64,000 nt of DNA, from NCBI RefSeq assembly GCF_009914755.1, contig NC_060927.1. The stretch is one strand, 5' to 3'. This stretch comes from the human T2T-CHM13v2.0 reference genome, Homo sapiens. Shown piece by piece: positions 1 to 14,594 of the stretch. A program made the translations under genes and the position numbers. Position 1 is the first letter of the stretch. Every line of letters starts with the position of its first letter. The notes under the pieces were generated by a model, which saw nothing but the letters and a program-made list of their open reading frames with translations, was not told the origin of the DNA and did not search any database.

Positions 1-247
1 TGCAGTGGTGCGATCTCGGCTCACTGCAAGCTCTGCCTCCTGGGTTCACACCATTCTCCTGCCGCAGCCTCCCGAGTAGCTGGGACTACAGGCACCTGCC
101 ACCACGCCCGGCTGATTTTTTGTATTTTTAGTAGAGATGGGGTTTCACCATGTTAGCCAGGATGGTCTTGATCTCCTGACCTCATGATCTGCCCACCTCG
201 GCCTCCCAAAGTGCTGGGATTACAGGCGTGAGCCACGGCACCTGGCC
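1..247 (-). mobile_element. Alu (AluY-like), tail end cut off by window edge
   Basis: Antisense Alu consensus ending ...gtgagccacggcacctggcc; gcaagctc and caccattctc diagnostics. Confidence 0.93.
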
Positions 248-300
248 AACTGATTGCATTTTTGAGTTAAAAAAAAATCAAGGAATTAACAAAAGCATGA

Positions 301-658
<358 letters not shown>

Positions 659-939
659 AGAAGCAGATTTTAAGGGCTGGGGGATGGAGTCAAAGATTGG
701 AGAGCAGGTCGGGTGAGAGCAGAAAATTATCAATAAAATGGAAAGACTGACTGGGGACCATTCATCTGTGACAAAACTATGACAATGAGCTTTTATGTGC
801 ATCATGAAGTGTGGTGTGCCCATGTGCTTAAATGGTCAGAATAGGGCTGAAAATGGGAATGTGCACAAAGTAATCTATTTCAAATACTTAAGCACAGAAA
901 GGTACTATCTGATTTACATTTTCTTCTCACCTCTGTATT

Positions 940-1175
940 TAAAAATATTTTAAACTTATGGGAAATTTGAAAAAAAGGTACAGTGAACATCTATATACTC
1001 TTCATCTAATTGCACTAAATGCAGTTGCCTAATTGTTAGTCACAGCAGTTGTTAATATTTTGTGCCCTCTATGTCTGTTGATATACATTTTTCCTGAAAA
1101 CATTTGAAAGTAGGTTGCAGACATCATGGCATTTCACCCCTAAATATTTTCTAATATATATAACACAGATAACTG
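940..1175 (-). mobile_element. Old L1 (L1MC/L1ME-type) 3' fragment
   Basis: ttgaaagtaggttgcagacatcatggcatttcacccctaaata resembles the old L1M 3' UTR. Confidence 0.55.
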
Positions 1176-1179
1176 TCAA

Positions 1180-1365
1180 ATAGTAATAATAGCTATTGGT
1201 TTTAGACCTCTTAACGTGTGCCTGACCCTGTAATAAATACTTCGCATACATTAGCTAATTAATCCTTATAACAGTCCCTTGAGGAAGATCTGATTGACGT
1301 CCATTTTATTGATGAAGACCAAGATGAGAATCAAGCTGATCCCTGACTGACTCCAAAGTCCCTGC
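1180..1365 (-). mobile_element. MIR SINE
   Basis: taataatagcta...taatccttataacagtccc...ccattttattgatgaaga, antisense MIR core. Confidence 0.65.
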
Positions 1366-3166
1366 TTAAAAAAACAAGGCAGGATATAGTTGAGGCCTTA
1401 GTGAGTGAACTGACATTAAGTTTCCATTGAACTTCAGAGCACGGAGCAATCATGGCAGACCTCAGTAAAGCATTGTTACCGCTTCATCCTCAGATTCCAC
1501 AGTGGTTTAGAAATGTTTTCCAGAAATGGATACCTTGAGCTGAACTGACAGAGACGGTTTTCTCTCCTTTACTAGGAACTTATGTCCTGAAATCACTGAC
1601 ATTTAGATATCCATTTTCCCTTTTCGTTTCCAGAAGTAAAATCAACTCTATGTAAACATTTACTTCTCATCAGCTTTTCCTTACGTATAACTGCCATTAC
1701 ATGCTCTCAAATCAAAGGGTATTACAATACATATTATATGAAATTTACGTTACTCTGATGACATTAACTATTTTCCTGGGGAAAGGTAATAGATCACTTT
1801 AAAACGTTTTCTTTGAATAGCTGTATAGAGACTTTTTAAATCATAGGAGCTGCCATAGCAGGTCTCTTTCTAATGTATATAGTAATGTTATGTGTGCAAA
1901 TATATCATCTGGAATGCACAATATCGTAAGTGCGAAACTAAACATGGTTCATAACTCAATAAAACAAAAGTGAGGCTGTGCCAAAACAACTTTGCTCTTC
2001 ACATTTCCCATTGCAGCAACATTTAAAGAAGGATTATTTCTGAAAATGTGCATGAGTCAGAAGTGGGGAATGAGTAATTCTGTGCTTTGGACTTTATTAA
2101 TGTTTTACTGCTGAAGAGACATCATCCAGTTTTTTCAGTAAAGCGCTGAGTGACTGCTTCATCCTCAGATTCCTCTGGATTCTTTGAAAAAACCTGAAGA
2201 TAATTTGAACAACTAAGTTACTGTTATCCTCTGAATTTAGCACTGAGTTTTCTTGATATGTTCTAATTAAGTGAACAATTATTTGATCTAATTTTTTTCT
2301 GGGCAGAGAAATGACTACTAGGGGCCGAGAGTTACAATAACCTTAGAATACAATAGGTCAACAATATTCTTTAGCAAGTAGGAAACAAGGTTAGGCTGAC
2401 TCATTCAAAGTCAGAATATGCATAAAAATATATTAGTTTGTTGACATTTCAACTTTTTTGGTGGATTTTAAAAAATCCATCATCATGAAAAGGTCAAGGA
2501 AAACTATTCATGAGGCCCATGATAGGAACGAATTTTGTGTCTTATAATTTGTACATGCTAATGGGTTTTAAAAGTCTCTAAATCCATTCCTCTGTATATT
2601 ATTTATCCTCATCCTCATATTTCCCCCATAAAATATAGCATTTTTGGCTCTTCTTATGAATGAGTCAAGGAATTTTTTCAAAGACCCACTTTGAGATTCC
2701 ATATTTTAAGCCAGTAGGGCCATGCTATTTTAATTCCTAGTTAACCACTTATTACTGGGCATCAACTGTGGTTCCAGCATTGGAATTGGAAAAGAAAACA
2801 AATCATCTATTTTTTTCCCTTTTCACTCTTACAGCTTACAAATGGACTTCATTTTCCCATTTGACACAGCCAGGCTTTAGTACAGTGATCCTGGCTTGCA
2901 AACAGCAATGGCAAGAATGAACACAATCTTTTTAGGGAAACCTTACTTTTAAGGTGCTGAAACAGAACAAGGGTTTTCGTGTTAGAGTTAAGAGGCATAT
3001 CCTAAATTGCATAGTGGGGACTAGATTTTAATCTATAACTTCATCATGCCATTTTGTTATTGGGAGGAGCTAAATAACACAAAGACCTATCCCTTTAGAG
3101 TTATGTTAAAAACAAAATGTTTTCCCTACAAATACATAGCCTGTGAAAGCTGAAGCGGGACAGGGC

Positions 3167-3540
3167 TGTCGTAGAACTGAAGGACCTATTCCTTCTGCTG
3201 TTGAGAGCACTATCAGCAGATGGCCCTCAGCCCTATTTAGAGTTGATCTTGGTTGGAAAGAGTCACCTCCCCCAGGTCAGGCTATCTTTCCAGGGCAAAC
3301 CATATCTAATAATTGGCCAACGGAGGGGTATAAAACCTGGCACCATTGCCTGCTCCAACTTGGGACAACTCTGAAGGGCCATCCAGCTCCTGAACTCCCC
3401 AAGGAGAGCCCAACCTCTCCTTCTGCCCAATCCTGCTGGTTTTTCTTCCTTTTTACAGTTCTTTATCCAAGAACACTCCTAATAAACCTCCTACACATTA
3501 ATCTCCATCTCAGAGTCAGTTTCCTGGGGAATCATTCTCA
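3167..3540 (+). mobile_element. LTR16-family (ERVL) solo LTR
   Basis: TATA ggggTATAAAA 3329-3335, ggacaactctgaagggccatccagctcc, and AATAAAcctcctacacattaatctccatctcagagtc (3481 onward), typical of LTR16. Confidence 0.75.
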
Positions 3541-4396
3541 GAGAATGACTGTGTGAATGAGAATTCGTTCAATTTTTGACAGAATTTTGTAAAACACAAA
3601 ATGAGGGATCTTTGGCTATCAACAGCTTTGATACATATTTCTTCATTCAACTTCTTCACAGTGGACATTTCCATTTTATTCGAGTTTGATGTGAATAAAA
3701 CCCTTTTCATGATGTGGTACTGACAACCCCCCCACCTCCCCACCTCCAGTGTTCTTATGTTTTTCAAAATGCTGAATACTGTTTGATGTAAGATTCAAGG
3801 CTAAACTTTCAGAGTATGTGATGATTTGGGGCTTGATTTACTGCTCTTTGGCCTTGGTTTGTTTCCGTTTGATTTTGGAGGATCATTAATCTTCCAGGGA
3901 AAGCCTCCAGGGGTGGATGGTGCCCTGGCCGTTCATTGATGTAAGCAGAATTATTCAGATGCTCATGTGTCTTCCCCTCTTCTGACAATCTTTATCCTGT
4001 CTCCAAATGTGGCAATATTTAGAAGGAGAAAAATAACACTAGAGGGCAAAGGCATAATTGTTTGAGGTTTACCACAAGGATGTAACTGGGGCTACCGCTG
4101 GTTTGTTAGTGAGATGACAAAGGGCACTGAGCTCTGGCTCACTGGCAGCTGTTGATCCAAGGCTGGAGAGAGTCACTTCACAGTGCACTGGAATTGCTTA
4201 TCATCCAGGGAATCCCTTACAGCCCATGGACCCACCAGTCTGCTGATATGCCGGCTCTAGAACCTTATAGGTGCCTCTGCCCTCTCCAGGTTTCTCCCCT
4301 GTGGATGCTCTTACACCTCGGCATGACCTCAGATCTGGAGTCACACTGGGAATCTGAACCAGATTAGTGGGACCCTATACACTAAGTTGTGGGGAA

Positions 4397-4630
4397 CAGC
4401 ATAGCACGATGGTGAAGTGGTCATGCACTAAAGCCTTGCTCCAGTCTTGGCTCTGCTCCTAATTGTGTGATCTTAGACAAGTTATGTAACCTCTCTGTGC
4501 CTCAATTTTCTCGTCTGCAAAATGAAGATGATAACAGTGTCTAATTTACAAGGTTGTTGTCAGGATTATGTAAGTTAATATATGTCTAGTACTTAGAAAA
4601 GCACGTAGTACATATTCAGCACTGAATGTG
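4397..4630 (+). mobile_element. MIR SINE
   Basis: tgtgtgatcttagacaagttatgtaacctctctgtgcctcaattttctcgtctgcaaaatg core. Confidence 0.85.
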
Positions 4631-5953
4631 CTTTTTGAAATATAAGTAAAAATCTGTATAAGTGATAAAATAATGCAGCAAGAGGAACATTTGATGTGGA
4701 AATAGAATCATAGAACTAGCTCTATCAACAAGCCCAGAAGTCTCCACTGATAAATTCTGAACAGAAAATACAGACATAAAGTAGAATGTGGACCCCAGTA
4801 GTCTGAAGCTCCTCTAGTAATTGCATTTGTAACAAAATATAAATCAGAAAAATAATTCTAGAGGAATGGTGGATGCATGGAGTGTTCTAATGTTGGCAAA
4901 ATGGCCAAATTTATGTAGTATTAAAGTTGGACTTTAAGAGCTAAGAAATATAATGACATCCAGAGAAAATACAGTTTTTCATAGCCACCAGAAACACAAA
5001 TATAGAATGATTAATTTTGGTGTATCTCAAACTTGCTTAAATCAACATATCTTCTACTCTTGTTAATGGTGTGATTAAATATCATGATGCAAACCACTTA
5101 CCCATGAAGTAAACGAATCACAGCGGTAACAATGAGCTGGACAGTCATAAGAATTTGTTTAGTATACATACACCCATTATGTTTTCAGACAAAGGGAGGT
5201 AAATGAAGCACAAATTTTTCTTCTTAGCAAGGCATCATTTAAGCATAAACTAGAATATCCAAGATGTTCAGGCTTAGAAAACATAAGTATGGCGAGAAGT
5301 GTCAGATAATAATCATTTCCAAAAAACTAGTCTCAAGAAAAATGGACTTCTTGTTTTTATCTTCCCTTGCTTAGTGAAAGAGCTGCAGTTTAAATTATTT
5401 TAAAAATAGCAGGTGTGATGAATACTCCTCCCGAATGTGTTAATCTTTGAAGAGATGCAGGTGCTGGCTACTGGTAGAATTAAAAATATGCTCAGAATAG
5501 TTTTGACATCCGTATTTATAAAACAAATGGTGGAAGGGAGTTGGGTTTCTGATAAAAGCAGCTCTTTTGTGTTATAAGTTGCACATATATTAAATATTTG
5601 TTTACAGTCTTTGTTTTTCATGCATTCAAGTTTAAGTAAAACCAATACAAAAAAAAATAGATGAATGAACATATGACTTTAAGGTTAAAGTTAGTATTGA
5701 AATGTAAATAAAATGTGGACAGTGTTCTAAAAGGAATAACAACAAGCTTGGAGGCCCCTTATGGCCTTTGAAACCTTCAAATGCCCTAGACACTAATGGT
5801 GGGAACTCACCCATCATCATATTAACTATATTAACCACACTCCCAGTCAGTGATTATAACTTCACTTCTATTGAAAAGTAAGTGGGTTTCTAACAAATCT
5901 GCAATAAAAATTTTCATTGATTTTGTTTTTCCCTTTTTATATTTTTGAACCAA

Positions 5954-5957
5954 TATT

Positions 5958-5996
<39 letters not shown>

Positions 5997-5999
5997 TTT
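5954..5999. repeat. (TTTA)n microsatellite
   Basis: About 11 near-perfect TTTA units. Confidence 0.9.
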
Positions 6000-6393
6000 G
6001 TTTAAGGTCTGAAACATTTTCTATAGTCTTTGCGGAACCCCCAGGGTTTGGACATTGCATCTGTGGTGTCTAAGGAATAAAACAGCCCAGTTATTAAGGT
6101 TTCTGGATCATAGTTTCCCCATCTGTGAAGGGAGTGTTTCTCAAACTGAAATATAAAGCAGCTGTTAGTGTGTAGACTCTCCATCGTGGGCTCTTGATGA
6201 GGGATTAGTGAAGGTGGGAATGAGTTGAGCTGGAATTATGGCTTCTGAGGAAGTGTAAGGTAGAGAATTTGACTTTGGTGAAGTCAGTGTCTGTAGGACT
6301 CCAGTTAGCCAATGTTTTCCTGAAAAAATTTCTAGGAGGTCAACTCACACCCCTTGATGAGTCTCCTTAGGTGCGACCCTAAAATTCTCTGTG

Positions 6394-6598
6394 GCTGCAC
6401 TATCTGATATGCTAGCCACTAGCCACATGTGGCTAGTTAAATTTAATTAAAATTAAATAAAATAAATTCAGCTCCTCAGTTACAGTAGCTAGGCAGATTT
6501 CACAGGGTGATAAGCCACACCAACCAGTGTCTACAATATTAAAGAATGCAGATACAGATCATTTCCAACACTGCAGAAAGTTCTGTTGGACAACACTG
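6394..6598 (-). mobile_element. MER3-like hAT-Charlie DNA transposon (MITE)
   Basis: tagccactagccacatgtggcta ... gcagaaagttctgttggacaacactg, with degenerate terminal inverted repeats. Confidence 0.8.
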
Positions 6599-7369
6599 TT
6601 CTACAGTCTTGGTGTCTGGTTTTCTTTCAGAGGAAACCACTTGCTCTTTTAATAGCTAAATAATTTTTTTTAAAAGCAACTTCATTGAGGTATAATTTAT
6701 ACAACCTAAAATTCACCCATTCTATGTGCATGAGTCAATTTTTAGCAAATTTACTAGGAATCTTCTTCTGAACCACAGAACACAGAAAATGATTGTGGTG
6801 ACTGTTTTCTCAATTCTCCCAACATTGAGAAAAAAAAAATGTGATAGCTAACACAATCCTAGATCTCAAGGAAATAAGTTAATATTAATACATTACATAC
6901 TAGGAATGGATGTCTTAGTGAATTCGGACTTAATTTCTCCTGGACTCCTAGGTGAGAAAGACAAAACACAATTTGGCAGCATTTAAAATTACATCAAATA
7001 GAGATGAGAGTAAGTACAGCTGAATTTTCCTAAGTGAAACCTGTGGTGCAATTGCACTGTATAACCAAAATTTGGTAACTGTTGTGGTCATGTTGCAATA
7101 TAGCATAGCATTTCCTTTTCTTTCTTCATAAACAGAAGCATCTTTATAAAAAATGAGACTTTAAATCCATTCAAACATGGTTAATGTAAAACTACTTTGA
7201 AACATTTAATTTATGTAACAGTATTTGGTGTAATAGTACATTACTGTTAGTATGTACATACTGTAATAGTACAGGATACTATCACTTAATATATAGTATG
7301 TAACAGTATCCCACACTATACCATTATAGCAATATCAGTATTGCATTCTTTAAAATTCAGGTGTTTTCT

Positions 7370-9350
<1,981 letters not shown>

Positions 9351-9372
9351 TCTCCTAGACATGCCTTGAACA

Positions 9373-9535
9373 AGGACTGGCTTCAAGGGTGACCCTTGTG
9401 GTCACACAGGGTCCTGCTCTCAGAACTCGGTTTAATGCTCTATTGTTACCTTCTTGAAATTCTTAATAATTTCTGAACAAGAGGCCCTGAATTTTCATTT
9501 TTCAAAGGGCTCCTGCAAACTACGTAGCTGGTATG
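9373..9535 (+). mobile_element. MER91-like hAT-Tip100 element
   Basis: ggtttaatgctct...cttgaaattcttaataattt...gcaaactacgtagctgg matches recalled MER91A. Confidence 0.7.
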
Positions 9536-9762
9536 TTCTGTGACTATGCTGAACTCATTTTTACCACAGGCTGATTGGGGAGGATTTGTTGGGTTTTCTA
9601 GATAAGTCATTGTATCATCTAAAACGCAATCCTCTTCTAGCCAGGCAGCTTTGAGAAAGTTCCCTGGTGAGCTCTTCACATTTCCTCATCCCCAGGGTGA
9701 AATCGCTGCTAAAAGTTCTCTTCTTGTGTCTCCTTCGCTTCATGTCAAGTGTTCCTTTGTTA

Positions 9763-10131
9763 CAGTAGTCCCCCCTTATCTGAAGTTTTGCTTTCCTCAG
9801 TTTCAGTTATCCATGGTCAACTGCCATCCAAAAATATCAAACTGAAAATTTCAGAAAGAAACAATTCATAGGTTTTAAATTGCACAACATTCTGAATAGC
9901 TTGATTAAATCTCTCAACATCCCCCTCCATCCATCCCACCGGAGACATGAATCATCCCTTTGTCAAGCATATTCACACTGTATATGCTACCTTCCCATTA
10001 GTCACTTAGTAGCCTTCTCAGTTATAAGATAGAAAAAAAAATGTGTTATATATAGGTTTCAGTACTATCTGCAGCTAAGGCATCCACTGGGGACTTAGAA
10101 CATATCCCCTGAAAATAAGGGAGTACTACTG
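9763..10131 (+). mobile_element. MER44-like (Tigger-derived) DNA transposon
   Basis: TIRs cagtagtccccccttat ... ataagggagtactactg, with TA on the left side. Confidence 0.8.
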
Positions 10132-10369
10132 TTCTTCCAGGGGAGCCTGAGGTCAGGTGTTAAGCCGATGAGACTCACCTCAGGCTCCACTAAGGCTTTT
10201 GCCTGGAGCAGCAGCAGGAACAAAAGTCAGCTCTGCCCCAACCTCTCTCCCACAGCCAAGAATCCTCATCCCCCTCAGCCTCGTAACACAGAGGACTGGG
10301 TTTGCTCCTGTGCACTGCATTTAAGGCTTACGACCTTTTCTCCCATACTCCTCTCTGCCTTAGCTTGTC

Positions 10370-10546
10370 TTCACTGTGGTTAGATCTTGGGCAAGTCACT
10401 TCACCTTTCTGTGCCTCCTTAGCCTGCCTATCTGTAAAATGGAGAAAATAAAATTAGCTGTTTATCAGAGTTTCTGTCAGGGCTAAGTGAGGTAAAGCAT
10501 GAGAAGCTCTTGAAATCGTGCCTGGTGCATATTGAATGTTCACTGA
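10370..10546 (+). mobile_element. MIR SINE
   Basis: cttgggcaagtcacttcacctttctgtgcctc...ctgtaaaatggag. Confidence 0.8.
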
Positions 10547-13500
10547 TTCTCCACTGTGGTACATGGTCAACCCTCAAGGCTTCCCCAAGATGGTGGTACT
10601 ACTTGAACACTCTGATGTGTTTTTTTGTCTTTTTGTACAGTGACCTCAGGAAGGGAAGCAGAAAGCAAGGGATTCATGGAGTGGAATTCTCCAAGCCCAG
10701 GTGCCCCTAGCAAAGGAATAGCTAACCAGGATGACTGAACTGGGTCCCAATCTGCTGAAGATAATAGAGATGTAGAGGTGTTCACATAGCTACCATTCCT
10801 TTTGGGCTGCACTTTCCAGGAGGGTGTCCTGGCATTTTTTTCTCCTCAGTATTCCACAGTGGTAAAGTTAATGGACTTCGGAGCCATACTTGGCCCTGAG
10901 CAAGTGATATAACTTTAATTGTGCCTCAGTGCCTCATCTGTACAATGGGAATAAATATGTTCAACCTGCTCCTCTTTCTCTTCTCAGCACGGCATTCCTC
11001 CTTCCCTCTCGCTCACTGAGGGAGACAATCTGGCTCAGAAGAAGATGAGCGTTCTTTGTTATCACTGATAGACCCGATATCTGTTGCTTCACTTTTCTAT
11101 CTTCAAACTGACCTTCTCTTTTTTAGTATAGCTGCTGCTGAAGGCTTAAATTATACTCACAGGAATCCCACCTCCAAATCCTGGAAAGAGAATCTTGATG
11201 AAATAAGTCTGTGAAACCTAAATCTCAAAGCAGGCCCACCCCAGAGTCCCTGTGTACTCCCTCTGAAGGGCCTGCGTTCAGGGATGTGAAGCTACATCTC
11301 TGATACTCTGCTTAGCTCATGATGCCCGCGTGTCCCATCCTGAGGGCTGGAATTACTGTAAATTGACTCACACAGGGAAACAAAATAAGTTTTTGTTATT
11401 TCGTCTCTGCTCCCTATTCCACACATGCCAGAAACAAGTAGGGCTCCCAAGCCAGCCACACAAGGAAAGCCCTAATTCTCCTGACACTTTCTTTAATTTT
11501 GATACTTATGAATAATCTTATTCCCAACCCATGAGACCTATTACTTGCCCACCTTTCTGGATTCAGAAATGGTTTTCCCCATTACAGTCTCTGGTTGCTG
11601 TGCTACCCTGGCTCTTTGTTGATGAGATTATGATTTAGGTTTTGTATTCTCGATGTTTTACGTTTCTTTCTCTTCAGAATTATCAGCTTGTATTTAAAAG
11701 TAAGACGTTTTTATAACATGCTGTGTGCTGAGGGGTGAGTGGGTATATAAACAATCCCCAAGTCAACATAATACATAGGAATCAGTTGCCAATAGCACTG
11801 CAAAGAGAATGTAGTTTGTATGTTCCAACAAATATCCATATTCTGTTATTGAACAGACATTTTATTATATTCAAAATGGAAATAAGGGGGTCACTGGCTG
11901 GGGTTCTGGAAAGTGGGTGCATGGACATTTTTATCATGAACTATTTATTGCACCCCAAACTCTTCTTTAATGGGACCAGGGAGAAGGGAATTACATTAAA
12001 TATAGATGAGGCCGATACTTCCTCTGTATGCCAGAGATATCTTGTGGGTCTAATTGACCTTTGGGGAAATTATTTGTGAGCTCCAATTGCTCTCTTTCCA
12101 ATCAGCATTCATATTGTCCGTTAAGGTTTGCAAATGTTGGTCTGCATCCACCCTGGCAGGCAGATCAGGAGGCAGGTCAGGAAACAGGTCACCATTTTTA
12201 TCCCTGCGTGACCAAGAAGGAAAATGAAATGGCTAAGGTTTAAAGGATTTGTCTTATGCCAAGCAATGACCAACTGGCAAGGGTTCTGATCCATACTCTC
12301 AGCTAGAGTATCTTGGGTCTGGGGGCTAAGTTACACAGCCAGGCTGCTTCCTAATACCCAAAATTAGACAGAAGGTTTGAATTTCCCTACAAGTAAGAAT
12401 GAGAACAGTAGACTGCTGGAATGAAATGTTTACTCACCACTGCAGAGAAGAGAGCTTATGAAAGACTTAAGATTTAAGCTGAGTGTTTAAAAGGAAAAGA
12501 GAGACAGAACAGAGATGGTTGAACTCATTTTTATGGCTGAAATGTCACTGTAGATTAACAAGGTCTTCTTAGAGGAACAGATGAATAAAATAACATAGAG
12601 ATGGTTCAATGTACAAAGTATTTGTGGAAGCAATAATGCTGAGTTTGACACTGGAGAATATGACGATTAAAAAAAAAAAACCAAACACTATTTTGAATAC
12701 AACATAGAGTTAAAACCCCAAGGAATCCATCATCAGAAATAGAGATTGAGGGAGATTTAAAATTTCTCCATGTACTCTAATAGCATTAATATTGTACTCT
12801 ACCAGACACTTTAATTTCCCCTAACTGTTACAAACACAGCAAGTGTACAGCATCAAAGAAGTTACCATGTTAGGAAGAGGGTCATTTTATAATTCTTCAA
12901 GTGGAAAATCTACCCCAAGCAGAGAACATCCTGAGATCTTTGGCTCAATGATAAAAATAAACTAGTGAACCTAATTTAAAAGGCAGAAAAATGGACCAGC
13001 TAGATGAAACATGTGAACTCAAACTGCGGGAATATATGATTACAAAGGTATTCCATTTCAAAACAGTAAATAGGCAATTGAACCCCCCCGTGAGAAATAC
13101 GTGTTTGGAAGAGGGCTGAAACATTTCATTACACCACACCAAATAGTAATTCCATGAAAATGAAGACAAAGAAAACTGAGAAAAAAATTCTAACATCTAA
13201 TTTGACTTCAAAAAAGTTTTTAAAAATCTGTGATTAAATACCCAGAATCAGCAGGTCAAAGGGAGTCATTCATTATGACCTTTGCCTTCAGGCTGGAACT
13301 GCTCATACCATCCCTGTAGATAACTGTCTACCTTCTTAAGGTTCTTGTGAAAAGGAAATTCCAAGGCCTTGCTGGTAATGCATATCAGTGCCTAATGTCA
13401 GAGCAGGGACAATTTCCTTTCTGTGGCACCCAAAATCCCTGTGGCTACAGCTTATCCACTTCCTCTAGTTCTTGTCCTTGTCCCAGTTGAGTTCAAGATC

Positions 13501-14594
13501 CTCTATTTACATGGTCATATGATTTTAAAAGAACATTTAAGGCCTCTTCTTCATCGTGTCTTAACTAAAGTTTAATAGTGCAAGAAGCATTTGCATAGGG
13601 ACTAGTGAGTAGAAGAGGAACTTGGATGTGTCTTCGCTTGGGCTGCCCATCTTCCCTGGAATGACCTTCTGACCCCTGTCCAGCAAGCCAGCTCCATCAC
13701 TTCCTCCAAGGCCTAGGTTCTCTCAAGTCTCATTGCCCTCCCAACCCTTCTCTTAGGTGTTTCTCTGTCTCAGGGCAGACATCGAGCCAGATTATAAAAC
13801 CACAATGTGGCTCACAACCTCTCCTCACTTGCCCAAGCCGCCCTCTAAGGTTTTTTGGAGTAGGGGATGGGAGGGAGCCCCCCCCGAAACTTGTCCTGCC
13901 ACCTTCTGGCTAACAAGATTAATCTGTCTTTTCTCTCTCATGTGAATGCCATATGTCTCTGCCAAAAAGAACAGGGTGACATTTAGCTCATTTTTTGCTA
14001 ATGAGCGTAAGTGGGAGCTGTCTAGGGAAGCTTCCTTTTTCCAGGTAATTTGTACATTTTAACAGCAACATTCTGGAGATTGTGTCCTCTCTTGTGTTGT
14101 GTATTGTTGATGGTTAGAATTTCCAACTAATTAAGAAAGGAGTCAGGCAGTGTGCCAAGCTTAAGGGGTGATGTTTTTGGTCTGGTAAGGTTTTGTTAAT
14201 CTTACGTCTCAGAGATAGGTCACAATTTTTATTAACCATAGCAGGGCTGGGACTGCTCCCTTTATTATTTTTAACTACTTTAAAAATTGGAACTGTAATG
14301 CATACATAATGAAAAATAAGCCTCCATTTTCCTACCCCAAACTCCCAGTCACCTTCCCCCCACAGCATCAAATACAGTCCTTTTCACACAATACATATAT
14401 AATTTATAAATGCTAGCAACATGATGAACTTATTTGTATTAGTTACTAAGGAAAAATAGGAAGAAAAGTTGGAAGGCACAGAATAAAACATATTCAGTCG
14501 AACCAAGGAAAGAGGCCTTATGAAATAATGAAATAAGAAAGGGTTTTATAAGCATATGAAGGGCAAAGATGGATTTTAAAACAGCCTTATTAAT

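Noticed and set aside
3143-3556. 137-aa ORF
   Set aside because: Coincides with the LTR16 solo LTR; non-coding origin.
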